DNA of 64,000 nt from Felis catus (Eukaryota): NCBI RefSeq assembly GCF_018350175.1, contig NC_058369.1, positions 6,388,001 to 6,452,000 on the forward strand, in the 5' to 3' direction. The notes beneath the pieces are model-generated. The model made no database searches, was not told where the DNA came from, and was given only the letters and a program-made list of their open reading frames with translations. The position numbers and the translations under genes were made by a program. Positions within the stretch are counted from its first letter, which is position 1; every line of letters starts with the position of its first letter. This document shows positions 40,702 to 54,070 of this stretch, piece after piece.

Positions 40702-41030
40702 TGTCTTAGTAGCTTGGGCTGTTTTAACAACGTACCATAGAGTGAGGGGATTAAACAACACACATTTGATCCCTTTGTTACAATCCGCTTTGTTTTTCCT
40801 TCTTAAATCTATTAAAACTCTGTGTAGATGTAAATCTGTATCATACTTTTAATTCCTGTATGGACACATTTACTTTGTACAGCTCTGGAGGCAGGTAAAT
40901 CCAAGATCAAGGCACTGGCAGATTCTGTTCATGGCGAGAGCCCACTTCTTGGCTTTTAGACAAGCTGTCCTCTCGCTGTGCCTTGTATGGCCTTTCCTTG
41001 GTGTGCACTCCTGGAGAGAGATCTCATGTT
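40702..41030. mobile_element. MLT1A/B-like LTR fragment carrying a 96-bp foreign insert
   Basis: tgtcttagtagcttgggctg...ttaaacaaca...agctctggaggc...ccaagatcaaggcactggcagattc. Confidence 0.7.
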
Positions 41031-42050
41031 TTGAGATTCATGCACGTTATTGCGTTTACTGATAGTTTATCCCTTAAAAGAAAATGTTTATTTATTTATT
41101 TTGAGAGAGAGAGAGAGAGAGGACGTGTGTGCAAGTCGGGGAGGGACAGAGAGAAAAGAAGACAGAGAGAGAGAGAATCCCAAGCGGCCTCCACACTCAG
41201 CACAGAGCCCGACGTGGGGCTTGATCCCACGAGGTGTGAGATCGTGACCTGAGCCGAAATCAAGAGTTGGACGCTTAACTGACTGAGCCCCCCCCAGGTG
41301 CCCTGACAGCTTATTAAAATTTCTGAGGAGTATTTTGTTGTGTGAGCCTACGGTATTTTATATTTGCCTGTTAAGGAACATTTGGGTTGTTTGGAATCTT
41401 TGGCTATTATGCATCAGCCTGCTATGAACATTTGTATGTGAGCCCTTGTGTGAACGGATGATTTCATTTCTCTTGGATGCATACCTAGGAGTGGTATGCA
41501 TGCATTGACATATGTTTAAGAAACTGTCAGCCCTTTTCCTAAGCGTTTGGACCACAGTATGATTCTATCAGCAACATACGAGAATTCCAGGGGCTCCGCA
41601 TCCTCATCAGCACTTGGTGATGTCAGTCTTTTTAATATCAGCCATTCGAGTGCGTGTGAACTGACTTCTCCTTGTGGCTCTAATTTGCATTTATTTGTCT
41701 GATGACCAGTGATGGTGCACATCTTTTCACAGCTGTATTGGGGATCTGTATATGCTTTGTGGAATGACTGTTAAAATCCTTTGCCCTTTTTCCCCCCAAC
41801 CTTCGGGGTGGTTTGTTTCATTATTTATCCATTTTGCAATCCAGAGTGATGTCAGAGGTATTGTGAATATTTTCTCCCATTCAGGGGCTTAACCTTTTAT
41901 TTTCTTAAGAGCATCTTTTTTTGAAAAGCAGCCAGTTTTTAACAGGGTGATGTTATTAATTCATTAGGTCCAAGTTGGTGGCTCTGAAAATCTTCCTGAA
42001 GCCTTAACCCCAGATATATGACATTTGCAGAATTTTATTCTTTTTTTTTT
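41030..42050 (-). mobile_element. Old L1 fragment with a Can-SINE at ~41085-41304
   Basis: catttgggttgttt...ttggctattat...tcctcatcagcacttggt...taatttgcattt. Confidence 0.65.
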
Positions 42051-42055
42051 CTTTT

Positions 42056-42502
42056 AATGTTTGTTTATTTTTTAAAAAAAATTTTTTTTTCAACGTTTTT
42101 TTATTTATTTTTGGGACAGAGAGACACAGAGCATGAACGGGGGAGGGGCAGAGAGAGAGGGAGACACAGAATCGGAAACAGGCTCCAGGCTCTGAACCAT
42201 CAGCCCAGAGCCTGACGCGGGGCTCGAACTCACGGACCGCGAGATCGTGACCTGGCCAAAGTCGGACGCCCAACCGACTGCGCCACCCAGGCGCCCCTAA
42301 TGTTTGTTTATTTTTGAGAGAGACGGAGACAGTGTGTGAGCAGGGGAGGATCAGAGAGAGAGGGAGACAAGGAATCCGAAGGAGGCTCCAGGCTCTGAGC
42401 TGTCAGCACAGAGCCTGGTATGAGGCTCGAACCCACGAAACCTTGAGATCCTGACCTGAGCCGAAGTCAGATGCTTAACCAACTCAACCCACCCAGGTGC
42501 CC
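42056..42502 (-). mobile_element. Young feline SINE inserted in the tail of an older SINE
   Basis: taatgtttgtttattttt duplicated at ~42055 and ~42298. Confidence 0.88.
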
Positions 42503-42630
42503 CAGAATAGCATTTATTTTTAACGCCAGTTTGAGGCTTACAGAAAGTAAAAAAAAAATTCTCATAGCGTTCCTCACCCTCCCCAACACAGATTCCCTTA
42601 TTATTAACATTTTGCATTAATGTGCTACAA

Positions 42631-43030
42631 CAGTCCCCCCGTTATCCATGGGGGTTTTGTTCCAAGACCCCCCAGTGGATGCCTGAAACCGCGGATAGCA
42701 CTAAACCCTGTCTATGCAATGCCTTTTCTGGTACACGAGTACCTATGGTAAAGGGTAACTTACAAATTATGCACAGTAAGAGGTTAACAACAAAATAGAG
42801 TACTTAGAACAATACAATGTAATACAAGTTATGTGAATGTCATGTCTGTCTCAAAACTCTTGTCCTGTACTTGCCCTTCTTGTGATGACCTGAGATGATA
42901 AAACGTGTAGGAGGCTGTGACGTCACGTTAGGCTGCCACAGGCCTACCTGTGGTGGGGCAGAAGGAGGACCCTTGACTGCTTGACTGGGGGTAACGGAAA
43001 CTGTGGCTGGGAGAGGGGCAGGGACTACTG
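42631..43030. mobile_element. MER2/Tigger2-like fossil
   Basis: cagtccccccgttatccatggggg...ttccaagacccccagtggatgcctgaaaccgcggatag...gggactactg. Confidence 0.75.
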
Positions 43031-43288
43031 CGCGTTGGTTGTAATTGACGAGCCGATATTGATCCAGCATCAACTAAAGTCCTTAGTTTACATGTGAGTT
43101 CACATGTTGTGTGGACAGTCTCTGGGTGGTGACATAGAGTTTAATGGCACGTGTTAAAGACAATGGTTTCGCAGCCTGTGCTGCGAATGGTTTCGTTCCT
43201 TGTGCTCTGCCTGTAGGTTCCCTGTGCTCTGCCTGTTCATCCCTCCCTCCTTCCCAGAACTTTATTCTTCAGAGAACTAGAAATTCTC

Positions 43289-43502
43289 AGGGTGCCTGGG
43301 TGGCTCAGTTGGTTAAGCCTCTGACTTTGGCTCAGATCATGATCTCACAGTTTGTGGGTTCGAGGCCCGCGTCGGGCTCTGTGCTCACAGCTCGGAACCT
43401 GGATCCTGCTTCGGATTCTGTGTCTCCCTGTCTCTTTGCCCCTACCCCACTTGTGCTCTCTCTCTGTCTCTCAAAAATAAATAAATGTAAAAATAAAAAA
43501 AA
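43289..43502 (+). mobile_element. Can-SINE
   Basis: TSD agagaactagaaattctc on both sides. Confidence 0.92.
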
Positions 43503-44704
43503 GAGAACTAGAAATTCTCTTTCGTGTGAGTTTACGGCAGACATGTTAGGATGGTTTTCCATCTATAAGTACAAGGAGTCAGAATTTAAGAAGTTAAAGG
43601 CTCTCTTTGGAGAGGGAGAAGCATAATCCTGGGCTGATGACCTTCTCAGGATCTTTCAAGGTGGGGGAAGCTTGGACGTTGAACCTTGCCTTGTTTTTTA
43701 GACTGTGGACCAGGTTTAAAGTTCAGCAGACATTAGGGCTGACTGGTCAGGAGTGATGATCTGATTCTGGTATGTTCTGTCAGGAAAATTTGTGAAAAAT
43801 CTATTTCCAGAAATATCCAGAAAATCTATTCCAGAAATCTTTTTTAAAGAAGGAGAGAACTCCTGCCCCCTCCCCCCCCCGGCCAAACCCTCGTTTCCAT
43901 GATTTGAACAGATGAGAACATATTTTGAATCCTATCCTAAGGTCCTGGTCCTCTGAATTGCCAGTTTTCTCAGTGTCTTTCCTCCTGACGACCCTGTAGC
44001 ATGGAACAGGGCCACACGGCAGTGCAGAGGACAATCGCATGGTTTACAAGTCATTGTAAAGAGAGTCGGACTCAGGTCGAGTAGGGGAACATTCTGGGCT
44101 CCCTGAAAATCCCCCTACATTAACTGCCTTCTCCCCAGAGATAACTTTTTTTTTAAATGATCGCCAAGACCATATTTTTTAACTAAATGCTGATCCCTAC
44201 ACAGTGCTGCATACTTTTGTATAAAGCAGTAGTATTTTACTCACTGTACAGAACCCTGCAAGTGGGTTTTCTGGTGTTTTTTCTTTTTGCATATCAGGTT
44301 CTGGGTTTCTGCGAGCATCCTCTGTTAACAGTGACTTCAGTCACATTTCAAACACAGAGTGCTGTCATATGAAAAGGGTCCACCGTGCTGGGGCCCAGGG
44401 AAATCTCAGGAAAGATATAAAGTACGGAGCCCTGATACGTAAGGGGGCTGGTGAGGATACAAGGTTCTGTTTTGTAAAGATTATTCAGGGGTTTCCATCA
44501 GCAGGTCTGTGTCCACAGACATCAAATGACCAAAATTAAAGATTAAAAGCAAAACAACTTGGAAGTCATATTGGAGGAAACACTTTGTCATCGTGATTGA
44601 GGGCCCATGTGAGTTTAAATCTCAACCCCCCTGCTAACTGACAATACTCCCCGGCAGGTTGTTTATCCTTTCGGGAATTAAACAACAACAACAACAACAA
44701 CCTT

Positions 44705-44930
44705 TGGGGTGCCCTGGGTGGCTCAGTCGGTTAAGCGTCCGACTTCAGCTCAGGTCATGATCTCGTGGTTCGTGACTTAGAGCCCTGCGTCCGGCTCTGT
44801 GCTGACAGCTTGGAGCCTTGGAGCCTGCTTCAGGTTCTATCTCCTTCTCCCTCTGCCTTTCCCCTGCTCATGCTCTGTTTCTCTCTCTGTCTCTTTCTCT
44901 TTCAAAAATGAATAAACACGAAAAAAGAAA
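44705..44930 (+). mobile_element. Can-SINE
   Basis: gggtggctcagtcggttaagcgtccgacttc head, A-rich tail. Confidence 0.88.
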
Positions 44931-45166
44931 ACCCAGTTGTCTATATTTGTTTTGTTAAGAACCAAATATCACACATGCATATACTCTCTAGCTTTGGATT
45001 ACTAAAGAACTTTGTTAAGAGCCAGAGTAAACAGATCTTCCAGCAGTTAGGAGAGAAAAAAAAAAAAAAAAGATGTTTCGCTTTCCTGAAATGCTCAAAG
45101 TTGCAGGGACTCGCCATCCTTGGTTTGAAAGTGTTGGATAGTCAGGTGGCAGGTTAGTTCAGTAGG

Positions 45167-45170
<4 letters not shown>

Positions 45171-45210
<40 letters not shown>

Positions 45211-45375
45211 ACGTGTGTGCGTGTGCACGCGCCCGTGTGCATATGGGGTTTCTGGATTGATAGTGGCTCACAGTGCTTGCTTTAGGGTTTCATTGTGGAA
45301 GTTCCTTCCTTCCTTCCTTCCTTCCTTCCTTCCTTCCTTCCTTCCTTCCTTCCTTCCTTCCTTCCTTCCTTCCTT
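45171..45375. repeat. (TG)n (~45171-45208) and (CCTT)n (~45303-45375, tail of an antisense SINE extending to ~45550)
   Basis: Visible perfect tandem arrays. Confidence 0.9.
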
Positions 45376-46221
45376 CTTTCTTAAATTTATTTTGACAAAG
45401 AGAAGGCAGAGAAGGAAGGAGAGAGACAATCCCAAGCAGACCCCATGCCACCAGTGCAGAGCCAGACGCAGGGCTCGATCCCACATCCTTGAGTCATGAC
45501 TGGAGCCAAAATCAAGTCGGATGCTTAACTGATGGAGCCACCCAGGTGCCTCCATTCTGGGAGTTTCTTGGAAAGCTGTCATCAAATAAGACGCATGCCA
45601 GCACATCCCTGGGCACACGAGGAGCTACTATGATCTGTAACCTGGCCCTACCGCTCACTAACTGTGGGAAGCCAGGCAAGTTGTTGGAATTCTCCAAAGT
45701 CCCTCAACTTCCTCATCTGTAAAATGGGAATAGAAACCTGTCATAAAGGTGTAAGGGTCAAATAAGAAAAGGCAGGCCTGAGAACCATTGCAGTTACACC
45801 GTTGCTTTCATTGGAGCTTTATTATAGTTATGAATGTGTTCACCTTGTTGCTGTTGTGTTATTCCTTTTAGTGAATTTTCGTAATCGAGACATTTCACAC
45901 GCTCTAAAATGTGCCGATCCTATGTGGTCGGTTCAGCAATTTGGACAGAACGCACTCGTATGGCCACCACCAGAACCAGCATGGAACCCAGTGCCGTCGT
46001 CCCCTGCAGCCATGTTGTGTCTCTTCCCAATGACTTCCTCCCGCCCCTGGGCACGATGTGTCGTTGTGATCACCACCATCATCATCATCGATCGTTGTTG
46101 TTCAGTTTATTTTTTGGAGGAGAAGAGAGTGGAGAAGGGCATGGGTAAATGGTGGTGGTGGGGGGGGCCCAGCTAGGACCCTGGACTTGTCACCCTTTTC
46201 GTGCAAAAAGAGCAAGGCGTA

Positions 46222-46460
46222 GGGGCGCCTGGGTGGCTCAGTCTGTTAAGCATCTGACTTCGGCTCAGGTCATGATCTTGTGGTTCATGAGTTCGAGCCC
46301 CGCGTTGGGCTCTGTGCTGACGGCTCAGAGTCTGGAACCTGCTTCAGATTCTGTGTCTCCCCTCTCTCTCTGCCCCTCCCCTGCTCATGCTGTGTTTCTC
46401 TCTCTCTGTCTCACAAAAATAAATAAAATGTTAAAAAAAAATCATCAAAAAAAAAAAAGA
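46222..46460 (+). mobile_element. Can-SINE
   Basis: Full head, CT tract and A tail. Confidence 0.9.
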
Positions 46461-47492
46461 TCAAGACCGAGCCCACGACGAGGCCTAGGAAAAGTTTTGT
46501 CAGAAAATTTTAGTTGCGGTAAAGAGATTCGAAACCCAGGATTTCGGTGGAGGCGGGAGAAGGTTGCGTGGCAGAATGCCGGGTGGCACATAGACACCTC
46601 GGAGGCCCAGTGGCTTTGAACTTTCTCAGGGCAACGTGGAGCCTTTTAACCCAAACAGCGTTTGCAGAGGCAAGTGTGGGATCCGGAACGTTTTCCCCTC
46701 CTGGCTTGCTTTCCAGGTTCCTCCCCACTGTGCAGGTTGTGTGAACGCTTCCGAGTTTCTGGGATTCAGCAGGTCGGTGCGGCTCTCCACATGGCAGAGG
46801 CCGCCCAAGGTCTCGGGCAGCCAAGGGAGTGAGCGTCCCGCGTCCCGAGCCAGGCGGGGAAGCTGGAGGCTTTTAAAGGCCACAGCTCCGCTGTAGACAC
46901 GTGTTCCTTTGGCGTTGGCTTTGTTGAAAACACATTCCCTAGATAGTTTCTGTTCCGCACAGATCTCTGGGGCTCTCGGGCCTGCTGGAGGGCCTTGCCG
47001 TGTGAGGAGAAACCTGATTTAGTCTCTCCTAGGGGAGGCTGTGAGCGAACATTTGTGGAAGGTGCCGTGCCTTCCTGCAAGCAAGCATTTTGCACGGCTT
47101 CTCTTCCCAGCTCTTGGATGACTTTGCGAGGCAGATGCCCCTATCATTTCCATTTCACAGAGGAAGAAATTGAGGCTTGGACAAAAGTTGGTACCACACC
47201 CCGGGGGCCCCCCCGCTCACAGCCTGACTGAGCCTGGGGCTGCGAACCTTTCCCCCCCTTGTCTCTCCAGGCAGCCCTTGAGGCCTGTCCCTTGAAGTCC
47301 TCAAATGGCCCCCAAATCCCTCCACCCTGCCCAAGCTGCTTGTTAGTTGGCGTTTACTTCCAATCCACCTGCTAAGTGCCAGGTACTGTTCTAGGCTCTG
47401 AGGACGTGGCCCGTCAGCGGAGATGAATTCTTGACCTTGTGAGGCCACCACTCCCTCAGGGGAAGGATGGATGTCAGTAATAAGCTAGAGGT

Positions 47493-48415
47493 CAATGGGA
47501 TACCGCCTCACATCCGGCTACTATCAAAAACCAGGTGGCTCAGTCGGTTGAGTGTCCGACTCTTGATTTCAGCTCCGGTCACAATCCCAGGGGCTTGGGA
47601 TTGAGCCCCGTGTCAGCGTGGAGCCTGCTTGGGATTCTCTCCCTCTCTCCCCCACTTGCCCTCCTTCTCTCTAAAATAATAATAATATTAATAATAATAA
47701 TAATAATAATAATAAAAACGGAAGATAATCAGTGTTGGTGAGGACGTGGGGAGATCAGAACGCTTGTGCACCGTTGGTGGGAACATGACAGGGTGCAGCC
47801 AGTGTGGGGAGACAGTATGGCAGGTCCTCAAGAAAGTAAACGTAGAATCACCACGTGACCCAGAAATTCCACTCCTGAGGATGCACCCCAAAGAATTGAA
47901 AGCAGAGGCTAGAAGAGATGTTCACACGCCTATGTTTACGGCAGCACTGTCCACAGGGGCCAAAAGATGAAAGCAACCCACGCGTCACAGCCATTGAATG
48001 GATACACGAAACGTGCACTCTATCCATACACCAGAATATGATCCAGTCTTGAAAAGGAAGGACATTGTGGCACCTGCTACAGCATGGATGAACCTGGGGG
48101 ACATTACGCTCGGTGAAATAAAGCCAGACTCAAAGGGACAAGTCCTGCATGATCTCACCCACAGGAGGTCCCTAGAGGAGCCCCGTCCACAGAGACAGAG
48201 AGTAGACGGTGGGAGCCAGGGGTGGGGCAGGGGGCGGGGAGTCCGTGCTTCATGGGGACAGAGTCTCAGTGTGGGGTGATGGAAGGTTCTGGAGACGGAC
48301 GGTGGGGACGGCTGCACGACGGCGTGAGCGTGCTTGAGGTCCCCGAGCTGTATGTAAAAAAGGATTAAAATGGTAAATGTTATATATGTTTTATCACCAT
48401 CTAAAAAAGAAACAA
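47493..48415 (+). mobile_element. L1MB-like 3' end (ORF2 end and 3'UTR) with an inserted SINE (~47534-47715, (AAT)n tail)
   Basis: Peptide ERLCTVGGN...QCGETVWQVLKK...PEIPLL...TPMFTAALST; ends ttaaaatggtaaatgttatatatgttttatcacc-A-rich. Confidence 0.8.
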
Positions 48416-48785
48416 GAGAAAGACAATAAGATTAGGCTGTGGGAAGACATAGGGATTTCATTCCAGTGTGTTGTGACGTCCTTGGCAGGCTGGGGAGTGT
48501 CTTGTCCCACTTGGAGAGCTGTGCGGCTTTTTCGTCTTTTGTTTCTTCTGTATCTGCTTGGTGGCTGCAACGTGGCAAGCAGCAGTGGCATTCAGTGCAT
48601 GAGAGCCTAGGGAATTTGGGTCTGTTGGGGGAAAGAGGTGGGTGCTGGTAAGTGTGCTGAGGGCAAGGGGGCCCCGGCGAGACAGGGGAGTGGAGGAGAG
48701 AGGTGGGTTCTTGTGTTTCGCCACTGGAGGGCTTGCTGTGGCCGAGAGGTGGCGTCTCCCACACCCCGGGACCCTACTTACCGCG

Positions 48786-49198
48786 GTTATGGGTTAGATT
48801 GTGTGCCCCCGCCCCCACAAAAAAAGAGATGTTGGAGTCATAACCCCCCATGACCTTAGAATGTGACCTTATTTGGAAATAGATTGTTTACAGAGGTAAT
48901 CAAGTCAAAATGAGGTCATTAGGGTGGGCCCTGCTCGGGATGACTGGTGTCCTTAAAAGAAGAGGAAAGTCAGATACAGAGACTAATAGGTACAGAGGGG
49001 AGATGACGTGAAGATATACGAGGTGGGATGGGGGCGGGGGTGGAAGTCAACTGTAAATGGAGGGGACACGCCTGGAACAGACCCTTCCCTCACAGCCGTC
49101 CAAGGAGCCAGCTCTGTGGACACCTTGATTTTGGACTTCCCGTGTGTTTCTGATGTAGCCGCACAGCTGTGGTCCTTTGTTACAACAGCCCCAGCACA
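48786..49198. mobile_element. MLT1C-like solo LTR
   Basis: gttatgggttagattgtgtgccccc...agaatgtgaccttatttggaaatag...aatgaggtcattagggtgggccct...gacaccttgattttggacttc...tttgttacaacagccc. Confidence 0.8.
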
Positions 49199-49429
49199 AG
49201 GTCCGTCTCTAGACAGAAGCGGGTCGAAAGCCCCAAAAGGGTTTATGTGATGGGGGGGGGGGGTCTGTGGTTTACACTCCCAACCCCCTTGAGCTCCTAA
49301 ATTTGGACCCGTGCCCCCACCAGCCTTCCAATTTGTGATTCCCCCACAGCCTTTATTCTGAAAAGTGTTTCTCCTGCCACGCGTTAAGAAACATCCATGT
49401 ATATGTTAGCTTTTAGAATTTTTAAAAAA

Positions 49430-49630
49430 TTTTTATTTTTTACTTTAATTAAAAAAAATTTTTAACATTTTTATTTATTTTTGGGGCAGAGAGAGAAGGA
49501 GACAGGAACCGAAGTGGGCTCTACACCGACAGCAGAGAGCCTCCTGATGTGGGGTTTGAACTCAGGAGCCATGACATCATGACCTGAGCCAAAGTCGGAT
49601 GCTTAACTGACTGAGCCACCCAGGCGCCCC
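49430..49630 (-). mobile_element. Can-SINE
   Basis: Reverse head ...gagccacccaggcgcccc. Confidence 0.85.
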
Positions 49631-50254
49631 TGTTATTATTATTATTTTTTTTAAAGTGTTATGCCTTTCACACACATCTGGGGTTTACTACACTTTGTCG
49701 AGAGGTGAGACCATGATGTAGTCAGATTTGTCAGCATCTTGTGTTGAATGGTCCATGTCGTGGACAGGAGGTCGTATTTCCTTGGTTTGATCGATTGACT
49801 GACTGTACTTCTAAAGCGGAATCTGATGTTAGAGGCACTGACCCTAAGCCATCAGTCTTTGCATTCTTCTTGCCTTCACGTCACAGTTCAAATGATTGTA
49901 AAATTATCATTAAATATCTTCCACATGTTCCTTCCTAATTTTTGAAAGCTCTCAGCTTTATCTGGTCTTCTTATGATATAGAAAATGTAACCAAGTTCCA
50001 GGAAAGAAGAAGGAGAGGAAGAAGGGGGTGGGGGTGGGGGGGACCAGAAACAGACTTGGAAGCTCTGTGTGGGTTTTATTGTGGGATGGCAAGTCTGTAA
50101 ACTGATTTGGAGAGAAGTGGCATCTTGACAATATTTATTTGTACCCTTCCACTTTTCCAAGGGTTCTTTTCTATTCTTAGGAATGTTTTATTTTTCTTCA
50201 GACAGAATATGAGTCTTGTGAGCGTTGTTCTTAGGTAGAATGGCTTTTTCTCTG

Positions 50255-50391
50255 TCTCTCCATCCAGCCATCCACCTACCTATTCACACATCCATCCATC
50301 CATCCATCCATCCATCCATCCATCCATCCATCCATCCACCCATTCATCTATCCATCCATCCATTCACTCATTCATTCACCCATCTTGTCTG

Positions 50392-50457
<66 letters not shown>

Positions 50458-50581
50458 ATCCATCCATCCAACTATCCAGCTATCTATCTGCCTACCTGCC
50501 TGTCTGTCTCATCTATCCATCCATCCATCTACCCATTCATCTATCCATCCATCCATTCATTCACTCATTCATTCACCCATC

Positions 50582-50622
<41 letters not shown>

Positions 50623-50640
50623 CATCCATCCCACTATCCC

Positions 50641-50685
<45 letters not shown>

Positions 50686-50840
50686 ATCTATCTATCATCT
50701 ATCTATGTATCTATCTATGTATCTATCTACCTGCCTACCTGTCCTGTCTACCTGTCTACCTGTCTGTCTCATCTATCCATCAATCCATCCATCCATCCAT
50801 CCACCCACCCATTCATCTATCCATCCATCCATCTATTCAT

Positions 50841-50890
<50 letters not shown>

Positions 50891-51108
50891 ATCTATCTAT
50901 CTACCTACCTGCCTACCTGCCTACCTGCCTACCTGTCTACCTGTCTACCTGTCTACCTGTCTGTCTCATCCATCCATCCATCCATCCATCCATCCATCCA
51001 TCCGTCTGTCCGTCCGTCCATCCATCCACCCACCCACCCATCCACCCATCCACCCATTCTTTCATCCACCCATCCACCTATGTACCTTTTCATCCACCAA
51101 TTTATCTG
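50255..51108. repeat. ~850-bp compound tetranucleotide array (TCCA/TCTA/TTCA/CCTG/TCTG)
   Basis: Directly visible; produces the spurious 309-aa and 278-aa ORFs. Confidence 0.97.
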
Positions 51109-51966
51109 TATGTCTGATGTGGGAGAGATTTTTAAAAAGCATTCAATGTGGTAACTTTCCAGAATACGGGGCAGGTATTGTGTTTTCTCTGTTCACTGCT
51201 ACTTTACTAGATGCACACTAATTCTAAGAGTCACGTCGTCGATTTCCTTCCATTTTCCAACTCTGTAATCATGGCACCTGCAGATAACGATTTGCTGCCC
51301 TTTACCAGTAATTGTGCCAGTTCCTACTGTTAACCTTGTTACAGCAGGAACTTTCAGAACCGTGTTAAATGACAGAGTTGAACGTGGTCAGCTGGGCTCA
51401 CTCCTCATTGGAGTGGAATGCTTCAATTGCTTTACTGCAGCGGATAATTATATAATTGTTAAGACTCTCGACCTTCCTGTTTTTAGCCTCACTTAGTAAA
51501 TGGGGTGTGATCATGCCTCTTGACTGTCTCATATATCCAAGAGATACCACTGGCGTTTGTCCATTTCTGAGGACGGCGGATTCAATGTGTTAAGCCGTTA
51601 AGCTGCTAAAACAGCCTTTAAGCCCCCGCCCCAGTTCTCAAGCAGAGTGGAGTGTTGGTTTGTCACGTCTGGCCAAACGGCCACGTTCCTTCTGGAGCGG
51701 CTGTTCCACGGAGGGTCCTCATGCCCGTGTGGTGGGCTTTACACCTGGGAACTCTTGGGACCCTGTGCCTTCATTGGGGTTAAGGTGGGTCTTGGAACCG
51801 CCCTGTACAACAGGAGCCAGAGAAGAGCTGGCTTTGTGAGCAGGACCCGTGGGCGCTTTGTGGGGCTATTTCTTGTGCCCTCAGTGAGGCCCCAGGTTTG
51901 AGATCGTCTGGAAGCCTTCTCCAGGTGATGGTCACGCCACTTCCTGTGTTGAAATAGGACCTTCCT

Positions 51967-52195
51967 TGGGGCGCCTGGGTGGCTCAGTCGGTTGAGCGTC
52001 CGGCTTCGGCTCAGGTCACGATCTCACGGTTTGTGAGTTCGAGCCCCGCGTCGGGCTCTGTGCTGACAGCTCAGAGCCTGGAGCCTGCTTCGGATTCCGT
52101 GTCTCCCTCTCTCTGCTCCCACCCCCCTTCTCATGATTGGTCTCTCTCTCTCTCTCTCTCTCTCAAAAATAAATAAACATTAAAAAAAAAAAAAG
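51967..52195 (+). mobile_element. Can-SINE
   Basis: TSD ttgaaataggaccttcct on both sides. Confidence 0.92.
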
Positions 52196-52619
52196 AATTT
52201 GAAATAGGACCTTCCTGTGAAGGTCCTGTGGGTCTCAGACTACTTTATTCCAGGTATGCTAAGCAGGACAGCACCTTTCAGCATATGATGTTAATAATTG
52301 GCGATACATGTCAAATTTTTAGGGAGAGAAAAACCCCTCAAAACCCAAACCGAAATGATCGTATGGCTGCTGCGGTCTTCACTGAGGTAGGCCGCTTTTC
52401 CAGTCCGCGACCGTGCGTGTGTGTGTGTGGCTCAGCGGAGACATTGTTGGGTAACTGGTAAGGGAATATGTAGTAACCCCTGGTCCTCGTGGTGAAAGCA
52501 GGGCTCGATGCTAGAAATTGTGCTGAGCCGGCTGGAATCGACACAGACCTCTTACCGTGCTTTTGAAAACACAAGTGATTTTTATTTCATTTATTTATTT
52601 TTTATGTATATTTATTTAT

Positions 52620-53054
52620 TTATTTTTATTTTTATTAAAAAAAATATTTTTTTAACGTTTTATTTATTTTTGAGACAGAGAGAGACAGAGCATGAACAGG
52701 GGAGGGGCAGAGAGAGAGAGGGAGACACAGAATCGGAAACAGGCTCCAGGCTCCAGGCTCTGAGCCATCAGCCCAGAGCCCGACGTGGGGCTCGAACTCA
52801 CGGACTGCGAGATCGTGACCTGAGTTGAAGTCGGACGCTTAACCGACTGAGCCACCCAGGCGCCCCTATGTTTATTTATTTAATTTTGAGAGAAAGAATG
52901 CAAGAACACAAGTGGCAGAGGGGCAGAGAGAGACACACACACGGAATCCGAAGCAGGCTCCAGGCTCCGAGCTGTCAGCGCAGAGCCCGACGTGGGGCTC
53001 GAACCCACGAACTGTGAGATCATGACCTGAGCCGACGGAGTCCCCCGGGCACCC
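52620..53054 (-). mobile_element. Two antisense Can-SINEs, younger one in the tail of the older
   Basis: Units ~52620-52866 and ~52870-53054. Confidence 0.88.
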
Positions 53055-53844
53055 CTGAAAATGCAGGTGATCTTTAGGCAGAACCGCAAGTGTTGGCTGA
53101 GTGAGGAGCAGGTTATCCCACAACCACAACCCTGCTCACTCTGTCCCCAGAGCGGGCTGTCTGCATTTGTAGATTTTCTGCATCTTCTCTGTTGCTGCTT
53201 ACGTCCTGGTCACCTGATCTATGACACCAAGCCTGTTGAACTTAAATGAAACATGTACATGCCAGAAAGCCCAAGCCATCCCAGTCACCTCCATGTCTCC
53301 TGCTTTAGGAGTAAGAGGCACAGAACGTCTGACAGCTAGTGTTGAGGGGAAGGGACTGCACGTGGCCCCGTGGCTAGCCTTCCTTGTCTCCATGGCTTCC
53401 AAGGTAAGATTTGAACCCTTTGCTGAAGGAAATTAGCGTAATAAGTCTCCTCTGGCATATATTTCCAGTGTCCAAGTGGAACTGCCGAGACATTGCTCAA
53501 GAGTAGCACAGGGGTGGGGGTGGGGAGTGTGCATCACGTCAGCCCGAGGGGTTTTTACCCCGTGGTTTTGCAATATGGAAACCTGGTCTGGAATGTGGGT
53601 GCGTGGAGGGAACACTGGGCTGGTTTCTAGGATTTATCTTTCCTTGGGGCATTTCAAATTTTTGTTTTAAGTTTTATTTAATATTAGTATTATTAGTATT
53701 ATGGCTATTATTGTTGTTGTTATTTTCGTGTTGTAGCCAGCCACTGGAAAAGGCAAGACTTTTCCCCTGAATTCGGGTCCAAGTTAGAGACATTTTGATC
53801 TTGGCTTGGAGGCGGTTGAGAGGGGAGGGTCTTCTCGCTCCGGG

Positions 53845-54070
53845 CGGAGTTTCTCTGCCCCGGCCCTTTGGACGTTCAAGGCTGGACCGTTCTCTGTGGT
53901 GGCACCTGTCTCGTGCACTGTGGGGTGTTAGGCAGCATCCCTGGCCTCCCCCCTCTCTGTACCGGTAGCTCTCCCCCCGCCCAGTGTTGGGACAACTACA
54001 AACGTCTCCAGACACTGCCAGTGTCCCCTGAGGGGGGGAGGCAGAACTGTCCCCCATTTGGGGACTCCTG
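53845..54070. mobile_element. MER20-like fossil
   Basis: gtgcactgtgggg...cagcatccctggcctc...gacaactacaaacgtctccagacactgccagtgtcccctg. Confidence 0.75.

Noticed and set aside
50225..51221. 309-aa and 278-aa ORFs (IHPS/IYLS repeats)
   Set aside because: Translation of tetranucleotide repeats that lack stops on this strand.
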